Shown here piece by piece: positions 39,325 to 55,319 of a stretch of DNA of 64,000 bases (position 1 is its first letter; each line of letters starts with the position of its first letter). The translations under genes and the position numbers were made by a program. The notes under the pieces were generated by a model, which worked only from the letters and a program-made list of their open reading frames with translations, ran no database searches and was not told the DNA's origin. This stretch comes from Eledone cirrhosa (Eukaryota): positions 120,218,001-120,282,000 of the forward strand of contig OZ024745.1 in the NCBI GenBank assembly GCA_964016885.1, given 5' to 3'.

Positions 39325-40985
39325 CCACAACTGTCACCACCACTACCACTACCACTACCACCACCATCACCACCATCACCACTACCACTACCATTACCAC
39401 TACCACCACTACCACTACCACTACCACCATAATCACCACTACCACCACCATCACCATCACCATCACTACCACTACCATTACCACTACCACTACCACCACC
39501 ACAACTACCACTACCACCACCTTCACCACCATCATCACTACCACTACCATTACCACTACCACCACTACCACTACCACTACCACCATAACCACCACTACCA
39601 CCACCATCACCACCACCATCACTACCACTACCACCTATACTAACCACTACCACCACGACAACTACCACTACCACCACCATCACCACCATCATCACTACCA
39701 CTACCATTACCACTACCACCACTACTACTACCACACTACCACCACCATCACCACCATCATCACTACCACTACCATTACCACTACCACCACTACCACTACC
39801 ACTACCACCATAATCACCACTACCACCACCATCACTACCACTACCACCACCATCACTACCTCTACCACCACCATTACCACTACCACTACCACCACGACAA
39901 CTACCACTACCACCACCTTCACCACCATCATCACTACCACACTACCACTACCATTACCACTACCACCACTACTACTACAACTACCACCACCATCACCACA
40001 TCATCACTACCACTACCATTACCACTACCACCACTACCACTACCACTACCACCATAACCACCACTACCACCACCATCACCACCACCATCACTACCATTAC
40101 CACCTATAGTAACCACTACCACCACGACAAGTACCACTACCACCCATACCACTACCACCATCATCACTACCACTACCATTACCACTACCACCACCACCAC
40201 TACCACTACCACCACTACCACCACCATCACCATCATCATCACTACCACTACCACCACGACAAGTACCACTACCCACCCATACCACTACCACCACCATCAC
40301 CAGCATCATCACTAACGCTACCACCACTACCACTACCACTACCACTACTACCACTACCACCCATACCACTACCACCACCTTCACCACCATCATCACTACC
40401 ACCACCACCACTACCACTACCACCACTACCACTACCATCACCACCATCATCACTACCACTACCACTACTACCACTACCACTAAGAGCACTACCACCCACC
40501 ATCACCAGCACTACCACTACCACCACTATCACTACCACCACCATCACCAGCACCACCACTACCACTACCAGCGCCATCACCATCACTACCACCACTACCA
40601 CTACTAGCACCATTACCACTAATAGCACAACCACCACATCACCGCACTACCACTACCACTACCACCCACTACCCCCCAACACTACCACCACTACCACCAC
40701 CATCACCACACCTACACACCACTATCACTACCACCACCATCACCAGCACTACCACTACCACCACTACCACCACTACTACTATTACCACTACTTCTATTAC
40801 TACCACCCACTACTACCACTATTACTACTACCACCACCACCACCACCACCACAATTACTACAACACTTACACCACTATTACCAGTACTACTACCACCACC
40901 ACCACTACTAGTACTATTACTACTCTACCACTACTGCTACTACCACTACTGCTACTGCTTACTACTACTCGCTACTACTACTACT

Positions 40986-41018
<33 letters not shown>

Positions 41019-41505
41019 CACTGCCACTACTCCTACTACTACTCCGTCACTGTGACAGCCACCACCATCCCCACTAAACCATAGTCGTCACCATCACTAC
41101 ATCCGCCATACCACTACCACTCTCACTACCATATTATCGCAGCCACCATCACCGCCACAACAACAACAACTACAACTACTACTACTACTACTACTAATAC
41201 TAATACTACTACTACTACATCCACTACAACAACTACTACTACTACAACAACTACTACTACAACTACTACTACTACTACTACAACTACTACTACTACTACT
41301 ACAACTACTACTACTACAACAACTACTACTACTACTACAACTACTACTTACTACTACAACTACAACAACTACTACTACTATTACAACAACTACTACTACT
41401 ACAACTACTACTACTACTACAACTACTACTACTACTACAACTACTACTACTAATACTAATACTACTACTACTACATCCACTACAACAACTACTACTACTA
41501 CTACA

Positions 41506-41549
<44 letters not shown>

Positions 41550-42840
41550 AACTACAACAACTACTACTACTACAACTACGATGGCATCTCTACCCCACCC
41601 ACCACCACTACACAATCCAACAACACAACATCATCACCCCTTCCACGCCACCACAACTACCACCACAACACTACTACCAACATCACCCCTTCCACGCCAC
41701 CACAACTACCACCACAACACTACTACCACAACAACATCACCCCTTCCACACCACCACAACTACCACAACACCACCCTTTCCACACTACCACAACTACCAA
41801 CAACAACAACAACAATACCACCACAACAACAACACCTCTTCAACATCACCCCCCACTACCACCACTACTACACACCCCTTCAACACCACCACCACCGCCA
41901 CCACAACAACAACACCCCTTCAACACTACCACCACCACCACCACAACAGCAATACCACTAACACCACCACTACACACCACCTCCACCACAACAACAACAC
42001 CCCTTCAACACTTCCACCACCACCACCACAACAGCAATACCACTAACACCACCACTACACACCACCTCCACCACAACAACAACACCCCTTCAACACCACC
42101 ACCACCACCACCACCACCACAACAACAACAACACCACTAACACCACCACTACATACCACCTCCACCACAACAACAACACCCCTTCAACACCACCACCACC
42201 ACCACCACCACCACAACAACAACAATACCACTAACACCACCACTACACACCACCTCCACCACAACAACAACACCCCTTCAACACCACCACCACCACCACC
42301 ACCACCACAACAACAACAACACCACTAACACCACCACTACATACCACCTCCACCACAACAACAACACCCCTTCAACACCACCACCACCACCACCACCACC
42401 ACAACAACAACAACACCACTAACACCACCACTACATACCACCTCCACCACAACAACAACACCCCTTCAACACCACCACCACCACCACCACAACAACAACA
42501 ACACCACTAACACCACCACTACATACCACCTCCACCACAACAACAACACCCCTTCAACACCACCACCACCACCACCACAACAACAACAACAACACCACTA
42601 ACACCACCACTACACACCACCTACACCACAACAACAACACCCCTTCAACACCACCACCACCACCACCACTACACACCACTTCAACAACAACAACAACAAC
42701 ACCACGACATCACCACCACCACCACCACCACAACTATAACAACAAGAACAGTAACATTACTACCACAGTTTTGCCACCACCACCACCACCACACCACCAC
42801 CACAGCACCACCACAGCACCTTCACCAGTTCACCACCACC
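39325..42840. repeat. (ACC/ACT/ACA)n compound array; 84-90-bp higher-order units at 41900-42670
   Basis: Recurrent caccccttcaacaccacc...ccactaacaccaccactac. Confidence 0.92.
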
Positions 42841-42896
42841 ACGGTCATCGTCACTGCTGTCGTGCAATGATTGGTGGCGCTGGATGAATGATATCA

Positions 42897-43305
42897 GGGT
42901 GGGTAACTGGATTGAAAGTATGGATAGAGTGTCAAGGTGGGTAACTGTATTGAAAGTATGGATAGAGTGGCCGGGTGGGTAACTAGATTGAAAGTATAGA
43001 TAGGGTGTCCGGGTGGGTAACTAGATTGAAAGTATAGATAGGGTGTCCGGGTGGGTAACTAGATTGAAAGTATGGATAGACTGTCCGGGTGGGTAACTGG
43101 ATTGAAAGTATGGATAGAGTGGCCGGGTGGGTAACTGGATTGAAAGTATGGATAGAGTGTCCGGGTGGGTAACTGGATTGAAAGTATAGATAGGGTGTCC
43201 GGGTGGGTAACTGGATTGAAAGTATGGACAGAGTGGCCGGGTGGGTAACTGGATTGAAAGTATGGCCAGAGTGGCCGGGTGGACGGGTGGGTAACTGTAT
43301 TGAAA
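42897..43305. repeat. 38-bp minisatellite, about 10 copies
   Basis: gggtgggtaactggattgaaagtatggatagagtgtcc. Confidence 0.93.
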
Positions 43306-43604
43306 GGGATGTATAGGGAGAACTGGTGGGTGGCTTGTGTAGATAGATGGTTTAAGTAGATATGTTGGTGCAGTGGATAAGGATGGCTGGATAATCGGGT
43401 AGATTGTTGAGAGAGTAGGTGGAAAGAGGGATGACTGATAGACAGCTGACAGATATATACAGGGAGGGGGAAAGAGAGGGAGAGGGGGGTATAGGAAAGA
43501 GAATGGCAGTAAAAGAGAGGCACACATAGAGATATAACTAGATAGAGAGGAAAGGAGGGGGAGAAAAAGAGAGAATGCGGGATAGAGTGAGAGAGAGAGA
43601 GGAA

Positions 43605-43673
<69 letters not shown>

Positions 43674-44045
43674 ATATATATATGTATATATGTATATATA
43701 TATATATACATATATACACATATATATATACCTATATATATATATACATATATATATACATATATATATACACATATATATATACACATATATACATATA
43801 TATATACACATATATATATACATATGTATATATACATATATATATATACATATATATATATACATATATACATATATATATGCATATGTATATATATACA
43901 TATATATATATACATATATATATGTATACATATATATATATACATATGTATATATATATACATATATATATACATACATATATATATATATACTTATACA
44001 TACATATATATATATATATATATGCATATGTATATATATATATAC

Positions 44046-44096
<51 letters not shown>

Positions 44097-44105
44097 CATA
44101 TATAC

Positions 44106-44136
<31 letters not shown>

Positions 44137-44271
44137 CATATGTATATATATACATATATATATATATACATATGTATATATATATATACATATATATATA
44201 CTTATACATATATATACATATATACACATATATATATATATATATATATACATATATATACATATATATAC

Positions 44272-44302
<31 letters not shown>

Positions 44303-44374
44303 CACATATATATATATATATACACACATATATATATATATACATATATACATATATACATATACATATATCGA

Positions 44375-44591
44375 CGGTCGATCGACTTTCGTCAAATCGG
44401 ACCGAGGAAACAGTGTTTCCATTGGTCTTTCCAATTGTTAATATTATCTATCGGTCGCAACTCCAGGTAGAAGGAGCAACGTGAAATAAAGTGTCTTGCT
44501 CAAGGACATAACGCATCGCCCGGTTCGGGATTCGAACTCACAACCTCACGATTGTGAATCCAGTTCTCTAACCACTCAGCCACGCGCCTCC
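44375..44591 (-). mobile_element. SINE S2, full length
   Basis: Minus strand ggaggcgcgtggctgagtggttagag (box A) and gagttcgaatccc (box B). Confidence 0.85.
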
Positions 44592-44734
<143 letters not shown>

Positions 44735-44750
44735 CATATATATATCTATA

Positions 44751-44784
<34 letters not shown>

Positions 44785-44825
44785 CATATATATACATATA
44801 CATATATATATATATGTATATATAC

Positions 44826-44957
<132 letters not shown>

Positions 44958-45019
44958 ACATATATATATATATATATACATATATATACATATATTAACA
45001 CTATAGACGAGAGAGCCTA

Positions 45020-45950
45020 GATTCTCCACTCACACTATGCTAAACCCATGGCCTCCAAATACCTGATGCTCAAAAACTCAGCAATGTCCAGTAGTGCTAA
45101 GTTTAATATTCTGATCGCAGACTTGGTACGAGTGATGAAGAACGTGTCCCGCATGTGCGACCCAACAGAAATGGAAAGACACATCCAACACTTCATCAAC
45201 CGCATGCAGTTCTCTGGCTACAACCAAAGAGACAGAGTCAGAGTATACGAAGGAGCCACGGAGAAGTATAAGACCCTCATAGAACTGGACATGAAAGGAA
45301 TTTGCCCATTATACAGGAGCAAATTATGGAATAGATTAGATATGGCTAGACATAAGATAGGGAAAGCCACCTCATGGTACGACAACCAGAGATACCAAAT
45401 TGTCATGTTTGTGAACGCTATCCCTGGAGGGAAATTAGCTAACTAGTGTAGAAAGGCCCTGAGAAAGACCCACGTAAAGATTAAGGTGGTAGAAAAGCCA
45501 GGAACCACCATAAAATCCCTGATCAACAAAACCTACCCTTTTAAGAAAACCCACTGTACTAATAGGAAATGTATCATATGTAAGGTAAATCCCCGGATAA
45601 ACTGTAAAACTTGAAACGTAGATGTACAGAGGGTACTTGCAGAAACATGACAACAACATACATAGGCGAGACAGCTCGTAGCATAGGTGAAAGGATAGAC
45701 CAACACTGGGGGGAACTAAAGGGACGAAAAAACGGGTCAGTACTATACGAACATGCCAGACAACAAACACGATGGTAACATAGACAACATAGAAATTAGA
45801 ATAATATCTAAACATAGAAATGACCCAGCAGATAGGCAAATCAGAGAGGCCAGTGAAATAGAACTTAGAAGACCAAGGCTAAACAGAAAGAATGAATGGA
45901 ATAACAACAACACCCAAACAAACAACACTGACCTAAGAAAATATAAATAA
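45020..45950 (+). pseudogene. Penelope-like element RT thumb + GIY-YIG remnant (second family)
   Basis: HYAKPMASKYLMLKNSAMS...RMQFSGY; C..C..C linker; TYIGETARSIGERIDQH; DRQIREASEIELRRPRLNRKNEW; stops and frameshifts present. Confidence 0.85.
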
Positions 45951-46194
45951 ATAAATAAATAAATACATATACAAGCACAATAACAACAAACACATATAAA
46001 CACACACTAGTAAAGATAGAATACATTAACCAATACAGAGTCACCCAATCACGAACACACATCAAACAAAACACTATACACACACGCAAACGCATGCGCA
46101 AAGAAGACAAAATAAAATAAACAAATCAATAAATATATAAACAAACTAAATAAAGATGGCGTAGAAAGTACAATGCAACGGGAGGAAACAATAG

Positions 46195-46240
46195 CACCAC
46201 TTACGATGTTGCAGATGTGCAACGAAAGAGCTTTGATAAA
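46195..46240 (+). ncRNA. Decayed hammerhead in the 3' terminal region of the Penelope-like element
   Basis: CUUACGA (one change from CUGACGA), stem II GUUGCA/UGCAAC, GAAAGAGCUU. Confidence 0.55.
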
Positions 46241-46453
46241 TTATATATATGTGTTTGTGTCTATATTGTATCTGTATTATTTTTGACCGTTGGTCAGTCA
46301 ATGGCAACATTGAGGACCGAATAAATTAGATTGCCGATATAAGAGACACAGAAGAGAAAAGCGAAAACCAACCAAACAGTGAGTGTGTTCTGTTATTAAT
46401 TCTGGCAATATTACACAAATATGACCCTCCAAGGTATAACAACATATATATAC

Positions 46454-46535
<82 letters not shown>

Positions 46536-46570
46536 GTATATATACATACATATATAATTATATATATATA

Positions 46571-46626
<56 letters not shown>

Positions 46627-46631
46627 CATAC

Positions 46632-46674
<43 letters not shown>

Positions 46675-46715
46675 CATGTATAAATACATATATATATATA
46701 TATACATACATATAT

Positions 46716-46784
<69 letters not shown>

Positions 46785-46975
46785 TACATATATATATATA
46801 CATATATACATATATATATACATATATACATATATATATATACATATATACATATATATATATATATACATATATACATATATATATACATATATACATA
46901 TATATATATATACATATATATATATATGCATGTATATATATATATACATATATACATATATATATACATATATAC

Positions 46976-47008
<33 letters not shown>

Positions 47009-47023
47009 CATATATATATAGAC

Positions 47024-47070
<47 letters not shown>

Positions 47071-47075
47071 CATAC

Positions 47076-47112
<37 letters not shown>

Positions 47113-47119
47113 CATACAC

Positions 47120-47156
<37 letters not shown>

Positions 47157-47185
47157 CATACATATATATATATATATATACATAC

Positions 47186-47220
<35 letters not shown>

Positions 47221-47233
47221 CATATACATACAC

Positions 47234-47270
<37 letters not shown>

Positions 47271-47299
47271 CATACATATATATATATATATATACATAC

Positions 47300-47370
<71 letters not shown>

Positions 47371-47399
47371 CATGTATATATATATACATATATATATAC

Positions 47400-47430
<31 letters not shown>

Positions 47431-47447
47431 CATATATATATACATAC

Positions 47448-47480
<33 letters not shown>

Positions 47481-47547
47481 CATATATATAGATATAGATA
47501 TATAGATATACATATATATATACATATATATATACATATATATATAC

Positions 47548-47600
<53 letters not shown>

Positions 47601-47607
47601 TATATAC

Positions 47608-47706
<99 letters not shown>

Positions 47707-47819
47707 TATAGATATAGATATATAGATATACATATATATATACATATATATATACATATATATATACATATATATATACATATATATATACATATATATA
47801 TATATACATATATATATAC

Positions 47820-47930
<111 letters not shown>

Positions 47931-47943
47931 CATATATATATAC

Positions 47944-47981
<38 letters not shown>

Positions 47982-48213
47982 GTATACATATATATATATA
48001 TATATATTCATATATATATATACATATATATATACATATATATATATATACATATATATATACATACATATATATATATATACATATATATATATATGCA
48101 TATATATATACATATATATATACATATACATATATATATATATATATACATATATATATACATATATATATACATATATATATATACATATATATATATA
48201 CATATATATATAC

Positions 48214-48258
<45 letters not shown>

Positions 48259-48259
48259 T

Positions 48260-48357
<98 letters not shown>

Positions 48358-48358
48358 G

Positions 48359-48391
<33 letters not shown>

Positions 48392-48456
48392 GTATATCTA
48401 TATATCTATATGTATATATATGTATATATATATATATATGTATATATATATGTATG

Positions 48457-48488
<32 letters not shown>

Positions 48489-48502
48489 TGTATATATATA
48501 TG

Positions 48503-48561
<59 letters not shown>

Positions 48562-48586
48562 GTATGTATATATATATATATATATG

Positions 48587-48634
<48 letters not shown>

Positions 48635-48663
48635 CATGTATATATATATACATATATATATAC

Positions 48664-48696
<33 letters not shown>

Positions 48697-48805
48697 CATA
48701 TATATATACATATATATATACATATATATATATATATACATATATATACATATAGATATATAGATATACATATATATTTACATATATATATACATATATA
48801 TATAC

Positions 48806-48925
<120 letters not shown>

Positions 48926-48986
48926 GTATATATATATGTATGTATATATATATGTATATATGTATATGTATATATATATGTATATA

Positions 48987-49050
<64 letters not shown>

Positions 49051-49058
49051 TATACATT

Positions 49059-49091
<33 letters not shown>

Positions 49092-49127
49092 ACATATATA
49101 TATACATATATTTATAAAACCATAATT

Positions 49128-49190
49128 ATTTTATTATATATATTTCAAGGGCAAACAAGACAGTTTTGGTGCGCTTTCATCAGATAAAAT
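49128..49190 (-). ncRNA. Minimal type I hammerhead ribozyme (8171 family)
   Basis: Minus strand AUUUUAU-CUGAUGA-AAG...CUU-GAAA-UAUAUAUA^AUAAAAU. Confidence 0.82.
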
Positions 49191-49329
49191 ACAACATTTG
49201 TTTTATAAATGTTGACATACCCCTAGAAAAAACAGCCTTGACGGTTGAAGGTTCCCTGGATAGGGAGTGGAGGAAAAACATGAAATAACATTTTTATAAA
49301 TATAGTTTCCTTTTATTAATATATTGACG

Positions 49330-49460
49330 TTACGTCCTTTACGATCTGAGTTCAAATCCCGCCGAGGTTGACTTTGCCTTTCATCCTTACGGGGTCGATA
49401 AGATAAAGTACCAGTAATGCACTGGCTAATTGCTGGCCTTGTGCCAAAACTAGAAACAAT
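49330..49460 (+). mobile_element. SINE S1, 5' truncated
   Basis: Matches S1. Confidence 0.82.
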
Positions 49461-49554
49461 TAATATTTACTCCAGTAACTTGTTGAGTGCTTTATATCTG
49501 TTATAAAACTTTTAAGCTTGTTGAATCCCAAGAAATTAAATATAACTTCTGCAC

Positions 49555-49655
<101 letters not shown>

Positions 49656-49710
49656 TAGATAGATAGATATAGAGAGAGGGGAGAGAGGAAGATATATATA
49701 TATATATAAT

Positions 49711-49782
<72 letters not shown>

Positions 49783-50036
49783 TATATATATATAAATATA
49801 TAAATATATATAAATATATACATATATATATATATATAAATATATACATATATATAAATATATACATATATACATACATATATATATATATAAATATATA
49901 CATATATATAAATATATACATATATACATACATATATATATATATATAAGTATATATATATATATAAATATATACATATATATATATATATAAATATATA
50001 TATATAAATATATATACATAAATATAAATATATAAA

Positions 50037-50126
<90 letters not shown>

Positions 50127-50324
50127 TTTATATATTTATATTTATGTATATATATTTATATATATATATTTATATATATATATATATGTATATATTTATA
50201 TATATATATATACTTATATATATATATATATGTATGTATATATGTATATATTTATATATATGTATATATTTATATATATATATATATGTATATATTTATA
50301 TATATTTATATATTTATATATATG

Positions 50325-50444
<120 letters not shown>

Positions 50445-50509
50445 TAACAGTAATGGTTGCATTTTTTAAGGGTATGTCAATATTTATTTATAAAACTGAT
50501 CTATATTGT

Positions 50510-50572
50510 ATTTTGTCTGATGAAAGCACACCATAATTTAACTTGGTGTCCTTGAAATATGTATAATAAAAT
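50510..50572 (+). ncRNA. Minimal type I hammerhead ribozyme (8171 family)
   Basis: AUUUUGU-CUGAUGA-AAGCACACCA...UGGUGUCCUU-GAAA-UAUGUAUA^AUAAAAU. Confidence 0.85.
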
Positions 50573-50690
50573 AAATATGGTTTTATAAATCTAGTTTCCA
50601 TTTGTTAATATCGTATATTTTACTCCAAATACTTGTTGAGTGCTTTATATCAGTTATAAAAATATTTGCTTGTTGTATCCCAACAATTTA

Positions 50691-50979
<289 letters not shown>

Positions 50980-51086
50980 CCAAAGAAGAGAGAAATAGGA
51001 CGAAGGTAAACAGTTACAAAAGGATTTAATCTACGTATTAACAATTGTTTCATCAGAATTTCAGTCCATTATTGCTACACTATGTA

Positions 51087-51272
51087 GGTGAATTGGCAGT
51101 ATCGGTAGAGGGTCGGACGCCATGCTTTGACGCATAGAGTTACGGCCCTTGCCATTCTGAGTTCAAATCCCGCCGAGGTTAACTTTGCCTTTCATCCTTA
51201 CGGGGGTCGATAAAATAAAGTACCAGTAATACACTGGTATAATTACTGGCCTTGTGCCAAAAGTAGAAACAC
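51087..51272 (+). mobile_element. SINE S1
   Basis: Matches S1. Confidence 0.85.
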
Positions 51273-51612
51273 TTATTGCTACACTATGTAATAATAGGCA
51301 ATCAAGAAAGACACTGTAGCATCCGAATTATCAAAATACAAAGTTGGAATCATTACACTCCTCGTTTGTTCCTGTTTCCACTACTGAATCCCTACCAATC
51401 TGTTGAGTCACCTTAACGTATGTTGAGAACTTTCCTCACAACTTGTTCTACCAAGCTTTGGAATACTCCTAATTACTGAATATATATATATATATATATA
51501 TAAGTATGTATGTATACGTACATACATATATGTATGTATGTATACATACATACTTACATTGAAGTAAGTGCCGTACTAAGAGTGAGAAATGAAATTTCGT
51601 TTTCATTTTATT

Positions 51613-51716
<104 letters not shown>

Positions 51717-52104
51717 GGGAGAGAGAGAGAGAGAGAGAGCAAATGCGTGTGTGTTAATGAGACACACTCACTGAACACCCTGAGACATCATAACCCGACA
51801 GGCTGGCAAAGGTAGTGGGTGTGAAGGGCTTGAGGGCGTTACTATAATCTGACTGAATAATACCCCAACAGACTGACACAGCGAAAGGAGGGAGAGGAAT
51901 GGGTGGAGATAGACTGGAATACACCGAAGAGAAAGAGAGACAGGGTGTGAGGGAAAGAGTGAGAGAGAGAGGGAAAGACAGAAAAAGGGAGAGAGAGAGA
52001 GAGAGGGAGAGAGAGAGAGAGAAAGAGAGAGAGTAAAAGGAATAAAGAAAGAAAAAATTCTAATCAGACTAAGGGATGACCAACGGACTAACAAACTGAG
52101 TATA

Positions 52105-52155
<51 letters not shown>

Positions 52156-52208
52156 GTGTTATGGAATACTGTTAGCTTCTCGCTACAACAATTTCTATAC
52201 TTTTCATT

Positions 52209-52272
<64 letters not shown>

Positions 52273-52349
52273 TATATATATATATATAGACGCATGCACA
52301 CACATATATATATATATATACACAGATATACATATATATATATATATAT

Positions 52350-52384
<35 letters not shown>

Positions 52385-52500
52385 TATTTTTATTTTATTT
52401 GTGTTATTTTTATTTTATCTTAATTTTAATCCTGTTATTTCATGATTTTCCACCACTCCCTCCTCCCGCCCTCTCGGAAGTTCTCTCCTTCCCACCTTTC

Positions 52501-52532
52501 TCCTGATGAAGGGCTTATGTCCGAAACGTCGA
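52501..52532 (+). ncRNA. Minimal hammerhead ribozyme
   Basis: CUGAUGA-AGGGCUUAUGUCC-GAAAC-GUC^GA. Confidence 0.78.
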
Positions 52533-52642
52533 CCCAGAACTCCCCACTCTCAAGCGTGAATCTAATACCTAGCACCTTTCGTAACTTTACTCCTTGTTGT
52601 TGTCCTTCTCTTTTCCAATATATATATATATATATATATATA

Positions 52643-52920
52643 AATTACGCAATTTAGACCTGATGAGGTCACCGGGTTCTTACGCAACTTGGTCAGTGAA
52701 ATGAGCCTAGTGTTTGCAGAAATAAAAAATTATGGGGATTTCAACATATTTGGCCTCCTGTCATTTCAATTTATTATATATATATATAATAAATTGAAAT
52801 GACAGGAGGCCAAATATATTGAAATACCCATGATTTTTTATTTCTGCAAACTCTAGGCTCATTTCACTGACCAAGTTGCGTAAGAACCCGGTGACCTCAT
52901 CAGGTCTAAATTGTGTAATT
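52643..52920. repeat. Long palindrome (arms about 130 bp) with a hammerhead-like core in each arm
   Basis: ctgatgaggtcaccgggttcttacgcaacttggtcagtgaaa and its exact reverse complement. Confidence 0.8.
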
Positions 52921-52921
52921 C

Positions 52922-52988
<67 letters not shown>

Positions 52989-53305
52989 TAACAGGTTAAA
53001 GCTTAAGCAAAGGAATCGCGCTGCTTTCACCTTTAACGGGATCTTCTGAAACAAATATATTTGCTCTAGGGTTCTTATATATCTTATATATATTTATCCT
53101 CATCGATAAGAAGCGGTGAAAGCAGCGATTCCTTTGCTTAAACTTTAAACTATTATTTTAATATATATATTCCTGATGATTTCTAAAGAATGAAACAGTT
53201 CTAGTCTTGTAGAATCTCATATATATTAAAACTTTTATACTCTGCTATGTATTGACTACCTTACTTACTGTGGTTACCTCCGATTCAACCCGGAATAACT
53301 TACAA

Positions 53306-53425
<120 letters not shown>

Positions 53426-53511
53426 GCACACACGCATACGCACATATATGTGCATATGTATATATATATATATATATACACGCACACACGCATACACACA
53501 TATATGTGCAC

Positions 53512-53580
<69 letters not shown>

Positions 53581-53782
53581 TATAGAGATTGATACAGATC
53601 GAACCTTGAGCTGATCAATAGCGAAACGCGCCTCAACACACACAAACACACACATATATATATATATATACTCGTATATATATATATATTTGCTCTACGG
53701 TTCTTATATATTTGATATATATTTATCCTTATCGAGCCCTCTTTGGATTTTAGTCTTCAAATTTATTATTATTACTATACTA

Positions 53783-53972
53783 GACGGTAGATTGGCAGTA
53801 TCGGTAGAGAGTCAGACATCATGCTTTGAAGCATAGAGTTACGTCCCTTTACGGTCTGAGTTCAAATCCCGCCGAGGTGAACTTTATCTTTCATCCTTAC
53901 GGGGTCGATAGAATAAAGTACCAGTAATACACTGGGTTATTGCTGGCCTTGTGCCAAAAGTAGAAACAATTA
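53783..53972 (+). mobile_element. SINE S1
   Basis: Matches S1. Confidence 0.85.
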
Positions 53973-54017
53973 TTATTACTCTACATATATATGGATGTAT
54001 GTATGTATGTATGTGTG

Positions 54018-54630
54018 TGGTCACCAGTTGGTGCTACTGGTAACATGTATCCCAGTACAACCTGTCTCATGGTCGGGTCGTTGGCGACTAAACTGGCAAC
54101 CCCACCAAGTTTTCTTGGTGAGTAGGGTGACTTTGGACATCGTGCAGGACTAAAAACAAAACCTGTCAAAGGGCAAAGGAGCTCTTAAGAGTCAATGGCC
54201 ATACAAAATCACCGGGAGAGATGACCCCTTAGCTTTTGTCAAGGCAGAATTCTAGGAGAAGGAAAACTCTGATATAACACCTGCAACCCTGATGGTATCC
54301 AATGATGTTGACTTGTTCTTCTTTTTGGTAAATATCATCTTGGTTAAGAGAGTGGGACTGGCTTTGTGCAGTGACTTTGCTCACTATAAAAGCTTGACAA
54401 CACAGGCATTGCATTGTGCTGGGATCTCTCATGTACCATGTGACACATGGTACCATGGGCCCAGCACTATGTGTCAGTAATTGTCACAAGTGTAGTGTTT
54501 TGTACCAGAGTTTTCAAGTCGCTGGCTGAACTAAAAAGTCACACTCGTTCAGCGCATCGGTAGGGGTTCTCCTACATGGATATAAAGTAGTGGCCGTACT
54601 CGAAAACGAGTTGGCGGCCACCATGTATGT
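54018..54630 (+). mobile_element. Family B RTE derivative with tail expanded into a roughly 600-bp ATGT/GT array
   Basis: Near identical to 2056-2682. Confidence 0.88.
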
Positions 54631-55319
54631 ATGCATGTATGTATGTGTGTATGTATATGTATGTATGTATATATGTATGTGTGTATGTATGTATGTATGC
54701 ATGTGTGTATGTATGTGTGTATGTGTGTGTGTATGTATGTGTGTATGTATGTATGTGTGTATGTATGTATGTATGTGTGTATGTATGAATGTATGTATGT
54801 GTGTGTGTGTGTATGTGTGTGTATGTATGTATGTGTGTATGTATGTATGCATGTGTGTATGTATATATGTATGTGTGTGTATGTATGCATGTGTGTATGT
54901 ATGTATGTATGTATGTGTGTGTGTATGTATGTGTGTATGTGTGTATGTGTGTATGTATGTATGTATGTATGTGTGTATGTGTGTATGTGTGTATGTGTGT
55001 ATGTATGTGTGCGTGTATGTATGTGTGTATGTATGTGTGTATGTATGTATGTGTGTATGTATGTATGTATGCATGTGTGTATGTATGTATGTATGTATGT
55101 ATGTATGTATGTATGTATGTATGTATGTGTGTATGTGTGTATGTATGTATGTGTGTGTGTGTGTATGTATGTGTGTATGTGTGTGTGTGTGTGTGTATGT
55201 ATATAGAAAGTTAGACTGACATGGGCAGCAGGAAAGATAAAAAGACTGAGAGAAAACTAGACTGGAGAATGTTTTCACAGATATAGACAGATAGACAACT
55301 ATTTTGAGAAAGAGGCTGT

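Noticed and set aside
39249-41961. Mucin-like Thr/His-rich ORFs
   Set aside because: ACC/ACT microsatellite with frame drift
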